From: an uncultured virus (IMG/VR IMGVR_UViG_3300025679_000006)
Taxonomy: Duplodnaviria; Heunggongvirae; Uroviricota; Caudoviricetes
Virus record (IMG/VR): IMGVR_UViG_3300025679_000006
DNA length: 64,000 nt
Direction: 5' to 3' (one strand)
Part shown: positions 1 to 9,082 of the stretch, piece by piece
How the letters are laid out: each line of letters opens with the position of its first letter
Numbering within the stretch: position 1 is the first letter of the stretch
Translations under genes and position numbers: made by a program
The notes under the pieces: generated by a model
Told to the model about the DNA's origin: nothing
Seen by the model: only the letters and a program-made list of their open reading frames with translations
Databases searched by the model: none

Positions 1-64
1 AGAGTACGTCTCCAACCGTCCCAATAACATTAACATTAAGAGGCTGGACTTGTTGTTCCAGCAT
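1..64 (-). CDS. N-terminus of a gene running off the left edge, by position probably terminase large subunit
   Basis: ATG at 64 with GAGG upstream, open frame MLEQQVQPLNVNVIGTVGDVL to the edge, overlapping the end of the terS-like gene; identity from synteny only. Confidence 0.35.
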   Translation of the reverse strand, partial: MLEQQVQPLNVNVIGTVGDVL

Positions 65-440
65 CTTTCGCTACCTCATGCTTGATAATGTTTATTACTG
101 GAGGTACAGGCAACGGCCCTCCACCGACAGAACCAACTTCCTGAACGGAAGGAACTGGCCCAATGATGCGGGTCAACACACGTTCAGCGTACGACATATT
201 TTTTTCTTTAACATCGCGCAACAAAGTCTGGGCAATGATGACGCGCAATGCGCCGGTCTTTGGGTCTTCAACAATTAACTGGAGTTCATCAGTGGAGTAG
301 TTCATTAAGTCCGTGTACATTTCTGCAACGGTCTTGGTTGTGTATTCTTTGAAGGCTTTAAGAAGTGGGAGTGACGCACCCCGGCCTTTGGGGTTGGTGA
401 CTACGCCTTTCTTGAATGGTCGTCCTTTACTACGTGGCAT
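36..440 (-). CDS. Terminase small subunit-like protein
   Basis: N-terminal GRPFKKGVVTNPKGR motif typical of DUF5681/terS-like proteins; C-terminal GGPLPVPPVINII tail; likely start ATG at 440. Confidence 0.6.
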   Translation of the reverse strand: MPRSKGRPFKKGVVTNPKGRGASLPLLKAFKEYTTKTVAEMYTDLMNYSTDELQLIVEDPKTGALRVIIAQTLLRDVKEKNMSYAERVLTRIIGPVPSVQEVGSVGGGPLPVPPVINIIKHEVAKDAGTTSPAS

Positions 441-452
441 GTTACATATCAC

Positions 453-1283
453 CCTCGGCTATTGTTCGCTATTTGTTTCACGTTTACATACTCATTATGC
501 TCCATATCTGGCCCTAAAACCTCATATTTCATACATTCACCCCCAAAATAAGCATCAATTAAAAATTTGTACTAAAAAAAACAAGCTTTTTTCATCAACA
601 CCGTCGGAAAAACGCTGGGTCAAGGACAGTTCGCGGGGGGTGCGTAGTGCCCCCGGCTGACCCTTGTTGTCATATTGTTGTTAATTAAAAAAAAATTGGG
701 TTACGTTTAAGGTAGCACGAAATGAACCAAAAATTTCACCTTTTTAACCCCCAACCCATGTGGGACCCCCGCGATTCCACCTTGATCAACCTCATTCCTC
801 GTCGCTAAACGACCATCCTGGTTGATATTTGATGTACTGCGAAGGCTAATAGTGAACCAATTGATCAAGTACAAAAGAATGATTTGTCAATTCTAAATTC
901 AATTGTCCTTGAAGCCTATACAACTTAGAACAAATTTGTACTAGAAATCACCCCAAAATCGCTCTCCCAAATTATTTTAGTCAGCGTCGATAAATCGATT
1001 TCTTTAGTACGACCCAAAACGATTATTGAACTGCATCCGATTGGAGCGATAGAAGATGGACGTTTTGTACTGATATATGGAAGTTACGTATCATATTTGC
1101 CCGCATATCGCCGTAAAATGATGAGCGACGCGGGGTTATAGTCTCCGACGCTGTTTAGGTCCTCGTCGCTGTTTTTCGTCATTTTAAGACCACCATTCTG
1201 TGGGGTCAAATTGTGTTTTTGGGATTAATTGCAAAATATATTTTCAATACTCGACGCTAAAATAAATTACCTATTTCCAAACA
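453..1283. promoter_or_regulatory. AT-rich divergent intergenic region between late (-) and early (+) transcription
   Basis: No credible ORF, genes diverge on both sides, A/T runs, six copies of CGWCGCT. Confidence 0.5.
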
Positions 1284-1346
1284 ATGAGTCATAATAGTGT
1301 TAGTTCGAAAGCGACCAGATCAAGAACACCAACATGGGAGGACAGA

Positions 1347-1502
1347 ATGAAACAAACCAAAGTAGAAAGAATCCAACTCAACCTTGCCCGGCAAATCGCA
1401 GTAGCACTCCGCGAGATGAACATCCAGGATGACGAACAAGCAATCGGTAATTTTATGCAAGAGGTCAACATCGAAGTCTCAACCATATTGGGGCTATCAT
1501 GA
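1347..1502 (+). CDS. Hypothetical protein
   Basis: GGAGGA RBS before ATG 1347; first gene of the + arm. Confidence 0.55.
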   Translation: MKQTKVERIQLNLARQIAVALREMNIQDDEQAIGNFMQEVNIEVSTILGLS

Positions 1503-1681
1503 GTGCCAAGTTCCCATACCAACTGTCAGAGAACGATTGCTTTGAAGTAGCCGGGGAAGGATACCAACACGTTAAGGGCGTGCGTTGGAGCCACAAGGAT
1601 AGGCAGTATGAGATCACAACAACAACCGGCAAGAAGGTTCTTTGCCCCATCATCAGGACACTGGAAGTAACTAACCGTTAA
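1499..1681 (+). CDS. Hypothetical protein
   Basis: ATGA overlap with previous gene. Confidence 0.5.
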   Translation: MSAKFPYQLSENDCFEVAGEGYQHVKGVRWSHKDRQYEITTTTGKKVLCPIIRTLEVTNR

Positions 1682-1839
1682 AAAGGGGAGGCCTTCGGGC
1701 CCTTGATCCAATGAAAAATGAGCGACCAATTAAAATATCAAATGGAACTGCAGGGCTCCTCCCTAACACGGTGGGTCTGGTCGCTAGCTTGCGCAAGCAA
1801 GTTGAGCTCTGCGGTTCCTCTTTATTTTTGGAGAAGCAT

Positions 1840-2346
1840 ATGATAGGACGCAGCCAATTAAGAAAGCTTTTAACCTATAACCCCCAAACCGGGGAGTTCT
1901 TCTGGATAAGACGTTCGGGTCAAAAGGCCGGGCATATCAAACCTCACTTTAACCCCGCCAAAGGTCCACGCCATATGATTAAGATTAAGGGGCGCAACTT
2001 TGAAGCACACCGCTTGGCCTTCCTTTATATGCTTGACTACATGCCATATCAGGTTGACCACAAAGATCGCGATAGCTTGAACAACTGCTGGTCAAACCTG
2101 CGAGTATGCAACCAAGCGCAGAACAATATGAATCGCGCCCCGCGCAAGACCAACAAATATGGGTGTAGTGGGATATTTTTTGACAGCTCCAGAAATCAAT
2201 GGAGGGCTGGAATTGGATTCAACAAAGAGCACATCCGTCTTGGTTCATTTGATTCCCTTGACGAAGCAATAGTTGCAAGAAAAGAAGCTGAAGAAAAGTT
2301 TTACGGAGAGTTTGCATTCAACCCACTAAAAGGAGAGCGACCATGA
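1840..2346 (+). CDS. HNH homing endonuclease with AP2 domain
   Basis: AHRLAF...VDHKDRDSLNNCWSNLR HNH_3 motif followed by AP2-like QWRAGI...LGSFDSLDEAIVARKEAE; GGAG RBS before ATG 1840. Confidence 0.9.
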   Translation: MIGRSQLRKLLTYNPQTGEFFWIRRSGQKAGHIKPHFNPAKGPRHMIKIKGRNFEAHRLAFLYMLDYMPYQVDHKDRDSLNNCWSNLRVCNQAQNNMNRAPRKTNKYGCSGIFFDSSRNQWRAGIGFNKEHIRLGSFDSLDEAIVARKEAEEKFYGEFAFNPLKGERP

Positions 2347-2984
2347 AAACAACCACACACCAATTCTACCTCAACATCGGCAGCACAGACGAAGAAGGCA
2401 ACTTCAACGGCAACCTGAACGAAGTCAACGGGCTTACGTTCGCCACCATATCGGACGCGCACCACGTGGCAATGATGTGCCTAGAGTCCTACTACCAAAT
2501 CAAGCAGTTGACCGGCAATTGTTTTTCCTATGATAACAAGGTTGTGTTTGAATCCCCAGAAATTGGGGAGCACGCCCAACGCCAACAACAGAAGCAGAAG
2601 TTGTTCGTGGCCAAGCGCGTCTCTCAAACCAACAAGGTCAACGAGCTCCCAATGCGCCACAGGTTGGGCGTAGTAGCCGACATCGAAGTATATCTCACCC
2701 GTTCTAAGGCCGAGTTCCGCGAATCTTATTCCAGCTCCATCCAAGGCGGGCGTTGGCAATTAGCATGGACACTCCCCAAGAACGTAAAGAATTATGACGT
2801 CTCCATTGGGGCCTTTGTCAACCAAGACGGCGCGCTTCAACGCAAGGAACTACTGCGTAAAATCAACTGGGCAATCAAAGAACCTTTAATCCCCAGCCAA
2901 GAAACGGCCCTCATCGCTCTTATTAAGGAAGCACAAAAGATCCTGAAGGAAAAGAACGAGGCGATCTATGAGATGGTGCGATAA
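2343..2984 (+). CDS. Hypothetical protein
   Basis: AGGAG RBS, 213-aa ORF coupled to neighbours. Confidence 0.7.
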   Translation: MKTTTHQFYLNIGSTDEEGNFNGNLNEVNGLTFATISDAHHVAMMCLESYYQIKQLTGNCFSYDNKVVFESPEIGEHAQRQQQKQKLFVAKRVSQTNKVNELPMRHRLGVVADIEVYLTRSKAEFRESYSSSIQGGRWQLAWTLPKNVKNYDVSIGAFVNQDGALQRKELLRKINWAIKEPLIPSQETALIALIKEAQKILKEKNEAIYEMVR

Positions 2985-3697
2985 TGAAACAATTCAAGAA
3001 CGAACAAGAGCGCGACAAGATAATCGAACGCATCCGGAAAATACTAGCGCTTGCCAAGGGTACGACGTTCGAGGGCGAGGCCTCAACAGCGATGGCCATG
3101 GCCCAGAGCTACATGAAACAATACGGCCTATCCTTAAGCGAAGTGGAGCTGAAAGAAGAACTCGAAGAGCCTATCCACAAAGACCCCATCAATCGTGAAG
3201 TGGGGAACCAAGAGAAGTGGGAGCTCGACATGTGTAAGGGCCTTGCCGTCTTGTTCGATTGCAAAATGATTCTCGTCCCAACCAAGCACGACCGGGGTTG
3301 GCAGGCAGCGTTCATTGGATTTGAGAAAGACACGCAGATGTGCAAGCTTGTCTTCCAAGTCCTTCTCGTCGGGGCTAAGAGTGCTGCGGGTAAACTCTAC
3401 CCCGGCGATATGAACGGCATTCGTTCCTTCCTTGCTGGACTTGGTCGGGGTATCCTTAACCGATGCTGGGAAGAGAAAGAGCAAGCTCGCACCGACGCCG
3501 GGGGAGTTGCTAACCGCTACGCCCTCGTTGTCCAGTCGAAGACGGACAAGGTGAAAACCTGGATCTCTACCAACCTTGAGCTGAAGACCGCGAAGTCAAG
3601 ATCCGGCGGGGCCAACATCAACCCGGTAGCGTACGCGTTGGGAGCACACCACGCCAAGAAGATGGACCTTTTAAACAAATCGAAACTAACAAACTAG
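2984..3697 (+). CDS. DUF2786-domain protein
   Basis: KIIERIRKILALA...EASTAMAMAQSYMKQYGL N-terminus. Confidence 0.8.
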   Translation: MKQFKNEQERDKIIERIRKILALAKGTTFEGEASTAMAMAQSYMKQYGLSLSEVELKEELEEPIHKDPINREVGNQEKWELDMCKGLAVLFDCKMILVPTKHDRGWQAAFIGFEKDTQMCKLVFQVLLVGAKSAAGKLYPGDMNGIRSFLAGLGRGILNRCWEEKEQARTDAGGVANRYALVVQSKTDKVKTWISTNLELKTAKSRSGGANINPVAYALGAHHAKKMDLLNKSKLTN

Positions 3698-3708
3698 GAG
3701 CGTGCACA

Positions 3709-3984
3709 ATGAAGGAATCAAAAGTAGAAGTTAAAGAAAGCGACAACGACAAGACAATCGAAGTAACAGTACGGTTCTGGGTGAACACCGTCGAAGTCCA
3801 CGAAGACTCAAGCAAGATTAACAAGCAGGCCTGTTGGGACTCCGGCGTTGTCTACATGAAAGTCAACCCGGACTTGGGCGTCAAGCACCACAGTAAGATG
3901 TTTGAAGGAATCAACAACATTCTCCCGGCAATCCAGCACTGTATCAAGGCGAACAAGCTCTTGATGGTCTCGAGGTCAGCATGA
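3709..3984 (+). CDS. Hypothetical protein
   Basis: GGAGCGTGC RBS motif at 3697. Confidence 0.7.
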   Translation: MKESKVEVKESDNDKTIEVTVRFWVNTVEVHEDSSKINKQACWDSGVVYMKVNPDLGVKHHSKMFEGINNILPAIQHCIKANKLLMVSRSA

Positions 3985-4226
3985 GTAAGTCCAAGCTTAT
4001 CCCCCACATAGTGAACATTAAGGTGCTGGTTTACCACACCCCGAGCGACCCGCACTCGGTCTTCTATTCAGTATGTGTGGGTAAGCTTAAACCAGCCGGG
4101 TTCTTTGCTAACCGGCTGTTCAAAAAGAACGTGATAGGCAAGACACACTGCACCTCTTTGATCTTCGCCCTCACACAAGACGCTGTGCTGGAAGCAATCT
4201 CTCCAGTGAAAGGAGTAATACGATGA
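3981..4226 (+). CDS. Hypothetical protein
   Basis: ATGA overlaps on both sides. Confidence 0.55.
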   Translation: MSKSKLIPHIVNIKVLVYHTPSDPHSVFYSVCVGKLKPAGFFANRLFKKNVIGKTHCTSLIFALTQDAVLEAISPVKGVIR

Positions 4227-4414
4227 GTCTCATATTGATTTCCATTTTGATTATCAGTTATTTTCTACCAACGATTGTGGCCCGGTGGCGCTACCACCAA
4301 AACACCCTCTCAATCACAGTCTTGAACGTCTTCTTGGGCTGGACGGTATTGGGGTGGATTGTCGCACTCGTGTGGGCCTGTACCGCGCAGAGGGGAATAT
4401 CAACATGCAAATGA
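4223..4414 (+). CDS. Superinfection immunity protein (T4 Imm-like)
   Basis: YFLPTIVA...NVFLGWTVLGWIVALVWA family signature. Confidence 0.9.
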   Translation: MSLILISILIISYFLPTIVARWRYHQNTLSITVLNVFLGWTVLGWIVALVWACTAQRGISTCK

Positions 4415-4683
4415 ATTTCACCTACACCGACCTAAGCTTCATCCGAGAGGTCGTCACAGCACACCGGACGCGCGAGGTTCAAGAGTTCGCCTATTTGATC
4501 CGCCATGCTGAACCCTTCGAAGCTGTTCAGGCAGAGGTCAAGGCCTACGAAGAAGAGACAAATCCGTTCTGCCCGGTTGGGATGTGTAACAATATCCTCC
4601 GCAAGATCCAAGTGGTCGAGGACGAAATCAAGCAAGCAATGGAAAACTCTGGGGTACCGTATGAAGTCCCATCCACTCGTTGA
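4405..4683 (+). CDS. Hypothetical protein
   Basis: GAGGGG RBS before ATG 4405. Confidence 0.55.
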   Translation: MQMNFTYTDLSFIREVVTAHRTREVQEFAYLIRHAEPFEAVQAEVKAYEEETNPFCPVGMCNNILRKIQVVEDEIKQAMENSGVPYEVPSTR

Positions 4684-4806
4684 GAAGCTCCGCCGAGAGA
4701 AACGTCAAAGATTTCTCAAGGCGTGCAAAGAATCGTTACCCGGTTGGGTAACAAAGAACCGTCCCCATCGTGGTGGGCGGAAGAAAGAAAACAAGGAGCG
4801 TGCGAA

Positions 4807-5433
4807 ATGAAGATTTTAATTTTAGCAGGACTAGTTCTAATGGCAATACCGATTCAAGCGAGGGCGCAAACAACGGAGTTCGACTATACCGGGGCAAAGG
4901 CAGGTTATGTTTCCGACGGCGGGTCAAGCCCAATATACAATTGGGGCGTAATGCCTTTTGGCAGGGAGACGCTCGTCACAGACTGGCAAGACGACTTCAC
5001 CGGGGAGGCAGCTCAGTTCACAATTACCGCCCCCACAGACATCGCGACTCTGGAGGCCAGCCTCAACTATGGGGCCCGAACGGAAGCTGGTGGGACGGGC
5101 ACTATAGACTACATGCTGTTCTCGGGTACGACCAATCCTTACAACTTCGACGGGACAGTAGGCCCCGGAATTATCCCACTCCAAAGTTCTCTTATCGAAC
5201 GGTCGGCTTCCATAACCCTTCCGGGCAACGGACAAACGAACGTAAGCGTACCCTTCGACGCGACCTTGCAGCCGGGCGATTACTGGGTAGCGATGGAAGG
5301 CCGGGGCGATAGTGCTTCTTCAACACAGGAGTTCACAACCGCAGCAGTGCCGGAACCGCCAACATGGATGTTGATGGCTTTTTCAATAGTGTTGTTGCTC
5401 GCGTTCAACTACAAAAAGCTGAGGCTTGCGTGA
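4807..5433 (+). CDS. Secreted protein with PEP-CTERM sorting signal
   Basis: Signal peptide MKILILAGLVLMAIPIQARA; C-terminal VPEPPTW, hydrophobic helix and basic tail KKLR; GGAG RBS at 4795. Confidence 0.85.
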   Translation: MKILILAGLVLMAIPIQARAQTTEFDYTGAKAGYVSDGGSSPIYNWGVMPFGRETLVTDWQDDFTGEAAQFTITAPTDIATLEASLNYGARTEAGGTGTIDYMLFSGTTNPYNFDGTVGPGIIPLQSSLIERSASITLPGNGQTNVSVPFDATLQPGDYWVAMEGRGDSASSTQEFTTAAVPEPPTWMLMAFSIVLLLAFNYKKLRLA

Positions 5434-5642
5434 AGAACCTTTTTAAAATTACCGCAAAAGATATTGAGATGATGGACAAGGTGGAGTTCTCAAAGTATGT
5501 CCACGATCTTGTCTGCTCATATCAACTCAACTCAACAAACCCCACACCCCCGGAAGCGTTCTACTACGAGGGTGTGCGGTTCGACAAAGATACACCCGAC
5601 CACTTATGGGAGTGGTTGGACAACCAATGGAGCAAGCAATGA
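5430..5642 (+). CDS. Hypothetical protein
   Basis: GTGA overlap with previous stop. Confidence 0.45.
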   Translation: MKNLFKITAKDIEMMDKVEFSKYVHDLVCSYQLNSTNPTPPEAFYYEGVRFDKDTPDHLWEWLDNQWSKQ

Positions 5643-5884
5643 AAATCAAAGATACAATATGGTTCAGCACAGGCCGGGGCGAATCAATCGGGATTGTGCT
5701 GGGGTACGAAGACCCCACCGGCAAGCCGAAGGCGTACATCGGGCTAGGGGACGGTAAAGACGCAGACCTCGACACCAAAATAATCTCGGAGTGGGGCGCA
5801 AGACTAGACCTTGAATTTATTATACCAATGTTAATTGACCATCTGGCTAAACCATATGACAACCGTCGAGAAGATAAAGTTTAA
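5639..5884 (+). CDS. Hypothetical phage protein
   Basis: GGAG RBS, ATGA overlap. Confidence 0.6.
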   Translation: MKIKDTIWFSTGRGESIGIVLGYEDPTGKPKAYIGLGDGKDADLDTKIISEWGARLDLEFIIPMLIDHLAKPYDNRREDKV

Positions 5885-5958
5885 GTTCTACTACCACGCG
5901 TACCGTTTCTTTAACGACGTCGCCAAGCATTGCTATGACAAGTATTGGGAGATATTAG

Positions 5959-7008
5959 ATGGGAGTTGAATACATTAAAGCGTTCCTGAACAAGCAAGGG
6001 CCTAACCGCTTCTCCCACGAGGAGACTTGCGCTTTAATAACCAAGGCGCAAGCCGGGGACATCAAAGCCCGCAACCTGCTCATTGAGTTCAACCTCAAGA
6101 TGGCGTTCCAAGTCTGCTTTAGGTACCAGTCCACGACGGGATTCTACCCCAGAATTGAGATGGAGGACTTAGTCCAGGAGTCCACCTTTGGGATGATCCG
6201 CGCAATTGAGCTCTTCGACATTTCGAAGGGCCACCAGTTTTCTACCTATGCGTATTTCTGGATACACCAAAGTCTCCGACGCTATATAGACAACACCAAG
6301 TATATGGTTCGCGTCCCGATCTTTGCAATCGCAATCCAAAAACAATATAAGAAGCTAACAATGGATATCGCCGGGAAAGACGAGGACTTCTACATTCGCT
6401 TGCTTGCCTTCGAGAACGACGTCAGCGTCTTGAGTATCACCAACTCCCTGCGCTTTCGCGGGGAAGTAACGTCCGTTGACCAAACCGTCAACGAAGACGG
6501 CGACCCTACAATTCAACTCGAGACGTTAACGTGGGAGCCCAACACAACCGACATCGACGCCTTTACGATCAAGAAGATGGCCCAGTTCTTGGGAGAACGC
6601 GACTTGAAAATTCTCACGCTCCGAATGGAGAACTACAGTCTCATGGCAATTGCCGAGATGTTGAAGATCTCCCGTGAGCGTGTGCGTCAAATAGAAGAGA
6701 GTTCAATCATCAAACTAAGAGCAATGGTTAACAAATCAACCAAGGAGGTATCAAATGGAGGGATCACAATTGATGGCGGTAAGGAAGTTCATAAAGAACA
6801 CTTTAAATCTGACGGAGGGAACGCAGGTAAGCGATTTTTCTCTCCGAATGGACTCGGGCAAGCTGATGGTGGAAGCCCGGATAACGTTGGAGGTAAACTA
6901 CGAGGAGCTGACAAGCCTCGCCAACGTCAAGGGCAACGGCAAAATAAAAGAGTCACCAACGCCAAAATTCAAAAACCGCGTCTCCGCAAGCCGGATGCCG
7001 AAAGCTGA
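5959..7008 (+). CDS. Sigma-70 family RNA polymerase sigma factor
   Basis: AQAGDIKARNLLIEFNL, EDLVQE...GMIRAIELFD...FSTYAYFWIHQ (region 2), SLMAIAEMLKISRERVRQIE (region 4). Confidence 0.9.
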   Translation: MGVEYIKAFLNKQGPNRFSHEETCALITKAQAGDIKARNLLIEFNLKMAFQVCFRYQSTTGFYPRIEMEDLVQESTFGMIRAIELFDISKGHQFSTYAYFWIHQSLRRYIDNTKYMVRVPIFAIAIQKQYKKLTMDIAGKDEDFYIRLLAFENDVSVLSITNSLRFRGEVTSVDQTVNEDGDPTIQLETLTWEPNTTDIDAFTIKKMAQFLGERDLKILTLRMENYSLMAIAEMLKISRERVRQIEESSIIKLRAMVNKSTKEVSNGGITIDGGKEVHKEHFKSDGGNAGKRFFSPNGLGQADGGSPDNVGGKLRGADKPRQRQGQRQNKRVTNAKIQKPRLRKPDAES

Positions 7009-7252
7009 GGGCTCCTTCAAGGCGAGCAGGAAGTTTGAGCAGACTGCCTCAGATTTCCATTGTATCCGCGTCATCTTGCGGGGCTGGAGAAAGTCAAACC
7101 GGCTAAACGAAAACGAAATAGAAGTCATGACTGGGTATGCGGGGAAGTTTTTCAACACAATGACCCCGGAAGAAAAAGCTGACTTCATGAATTTCTTTTT
7201 TGCAGTTCGCCAGCGCTTGGATGATACTCGCGCTTTATCAAAGAAACATTAA
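6755..7252 (+). CDS. Hypothetical protein overlapping the sigma 3' end
   Basis: AAGGAGG RBS directly upstream of ATG 6755. Confidence 0.65.
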   Translation: MEGSQLMAVRKFIKNTLNLTEGTQVSDFSLRMDSGKLMVEARITLEVNYEELTSLANVKGNGKIKESPTPKFKNRVSASRMPKAEGSFKASRKFEQTASDFHCIRVILRGWRKSNRLNENEIEVMTGYAGKFFNTMTPEEKADFMNFFFAVRQRLDDTRALSKKH

Positions 7253-7256
7253 TCCA

Positions 7257-7472
7257 ATGGACAACACAATTCTTGAAACTCGCGGGATGAATAAAACGCT
7301 TCGGTTACGTTTGGCGGGGAACGGTAACTTCGTTGTTGAAGACTGGGATATGCGTGAACAAATCTGGACTCCAGTCTTTGAATGCGAAAACTTTGAAGAG
7401 GCACTTCACGTGTACATCGACGAGGTTTGTGCGAGGGCCAACTTGCAATGGGGCCTCATGAAAAATAAATGA
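7257..7472 (+). CDS. Hypothetical protein
   Basis: ORF in operon order. Confidence 0.5.
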   Translation: MDNTILETRGMNKTLRLRLAGNGNFVVEDWDMREQIWTPVFECENFEEALHVYIDEVCARANLQWGLMKNK

Positions 7473-7490
7473 GATTTCTTTTGCAATTCG

Positions 7491-7520
7491 TTTATAAATC
7501 GGTTAGAATAGTGTACAATC
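7491..7520 (+). promoter_or_regulatory. Candidate sigma-70-like promoter
   Basis: TTTATA-17 nt-TACAAT in intergenic DNA; GTGTACAATC recurs at 15731-15740 in another intergenic gap. Confidence 0.4.
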
Positions 7521-7596
7521 AAAGGTGGAGCAAACGCGATGAAGCCTAACAAGAACCAAAGAGCGTGCAATAGTGAAATCAATTCCAAAAAATTAA

Positions 7597-7690
7597 GAGC
7601 AGGTGGGTCGCCCGTCACACGGCGGTGCCCGCACGCTCCATTTCACGTCTCTTTGAGGACGCTGGAATGCCCACCTGCTCGTTTTAATTT
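7597..7690 (+). ncRNA. Structured intergenic RNA candidate (three-way junction)
   Basis: Perfect 11-bp closing stem 7597-7607/7670-7680, two inner hairpins, T-rich tail; contains GCACGCTCC at 7631-7639. Confidence 0.5.
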
Positions 7691-7702
7691 AGAGGAGGCC
7701 AC

Positions 7703-7942
7703 ATGTTTAGCTTAAGTCAAAAACAAAAGTTAGCCGAGGGAGTTGAGAAGCTCCTTCTCGACATCGGACATCCAGAAATGCCAACCGCCCGGCCCCAGTT
7801 CACGCTCAACGTTGTGGGCAAGGAGCCTTGGTCTTGGGCAGAGATTCACCCCAACTGGACGTTCGACGAAACAAACACGCCCAATATAAATCCCCACAAC
7901 GAAGAACAAGAAAGACACAGCAGGAGCAACGATGGAACCTGA
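7703..7942 (+). CDS. Hypothetical phage protein
   Basis: GGAGG RBS. Confidence 0.7.
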   Translation: MFSLSQKQKLAEGVEKLLLDIGHPEMPTARPQFTLNVVGKEPWSWAEIHPNWTFDETNTPNINPHNEEQERHSRSNDGT

Positions 7943-8966
7943 TCTTCTTCAACGGCCCGACATGATGTTCTACGCGAAGTTGGCGCAACGCAAGGTGGGG
8001 TACGTTGCCGGTCAAATGGAATTGACCTCAACCTGTGGGCAGAAGTGTGCTGCTTGTGATAGTTGGCGCGCACACAAGAAGGGCGAAATTACCGGGACGT
8101 TCTCCTACGAAAAAATTAACGACATCTTCCAGCAGCTCAATAAGATCCCAACGTTCGAGCACTTGTCAATGACCGGCGGAGACCCGCAGCACTGGGAAGA
8201 CCCAACCTGCAACGCCAACCTCGACACAATCTTGACGTGGCTGGCCCCAACAGCGAAGTTTTCCCTGCAGGTCAACACCGCATTAATCGTAGAACCGAAC
8301 ATTCCCCTCTGGCAAAAATCTCTCTCTAGGATACGAGTCTCTCTTGACGGCGTAAACCAGGCCACATACCGCATCATGCGGGGCGATGACCGCGACCCTA
8401 GGGAAATCCTCGACCGGATGGACAGACTCGCCCATCCCGGTCTTGCAACCAACACGTGCGTAACCGACTACAACATTGACGAGGTACCCCAGATCATCGA
8501 GGCTCTCAACAAGTTGAAGAACCCCCCGCGTAAAGCGATGTTCTTGGCGGTTATGGACTTTAAAATAGGCGACAAGTTCTGGGAGAAGTACGCCCGCTTG
8601 AAAGATATCCCTTCCCACCACGTTGAGACTTCCTTTCAAGAAGACGTCCAGGGCGTTCGAGAGTTCGTTGTCTCCCCGGAGGCAGCAGATATCCCTTGCT
8701 ACGTCGGCGGGATAACGTTCCACTTAAAGTGCAACGGCGACATGTACCCTTGCTGTTTAGTGGGCGGGGAAGCAATCAAGACCCGCGAAGAAATGAAAAT
8801 AGGGAGTGTGCATGAAAACACCATCGAGCAAATTCAACGCTCTTACCGGCTTTTCCCGCATTATAAAAGCTGTAATAGCCCGTGTCAAAAGGTCTGTCAG
8901 TGGAAGCAACTCCAAATCAACCGGCTGGCCCACGCAGCTAGCAAAGTAAAGTTGACGATGCCATGA
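7932..8966 (+). CDS. Radical SAM protein with SPASM/twitch-like C-terminus
   Basis: CGQKCAAC (CxxxCxxC), TGGDP, RVSLDG, C-terminal GDMYPCC and further cysteines. Confidence 0.9.
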   Translation: MEPDLLQRPDMMFYAKLAQRKVGYVAGQMELTSTCGQKCAACDSWRAHKKGEITGTFSYEKINDIFQQLNKIPTFEHLSMTGGDPQHWEDPTCNANLDTILTWLAPTAKFSLQVNTALIVEPNIPLWQKSLSRIRVSLDGVNQATYRIMRGDDRDPREILDRMDRLAHPGLATNTCVTDYNIDEVPQIIEALNKLKNPPRKAMFLAVMDFKIGDKFWEKYARLKDIPSHHVETSFQEDVQGVREFVVSPEAADIPCYVGGITFHLKCNGDMYPCCLVGGEAIKTREEMKIGSVHENTIEQIQRSYRLFPHYKSCNSPCQKVCQWKQLQINRLAHAASKVKLTMP

Positions 8967-9082
8967 GCGATTACTATCAATTCTGTGGGTATTGCGATAT
9001 GTTTACCGACCACACGGCCCTTGACGAAACAATAAAAAAGTGCCAGTGCGACAGGTGCGGAACGACCCACGATGTCGCTTAA
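8963..9082 (+). CDS. 39-aa Cys-rich (zinc-ribbon-like) peptide not in the ORF track
   Basis: MSDYYQFCGYCDMFTDHTALDETIKKCQCDRCGTTHDVA; ATGA overlap with radical SAM stop. Confidence 0.55.
   Translation: MSDYYQFCGYCDMFTDHTALDETIKKCQCDRCGTTHDVA

Noticed and set aside
313..660. 115-aa plus-strand ORF
   Set aside because: Overlaps the terS-like gene antisense and runs into AT-rich intergenic DNA; no motifs.
1711..1839. Longer N-terminal starts in the ORF track (also 4723, 15082, 19819, 24469, 43594, 44304)
   Set aside because: Downstream ATGs have RBSs or stop-start overlaps and begin at the domain boundary.
7539..7715. 58-codon ORF crossing the structured RNA candidate
   Set aside because: No recognisable protein features and it spans a strong inverted repeat; not called as a gene, though not excluded.
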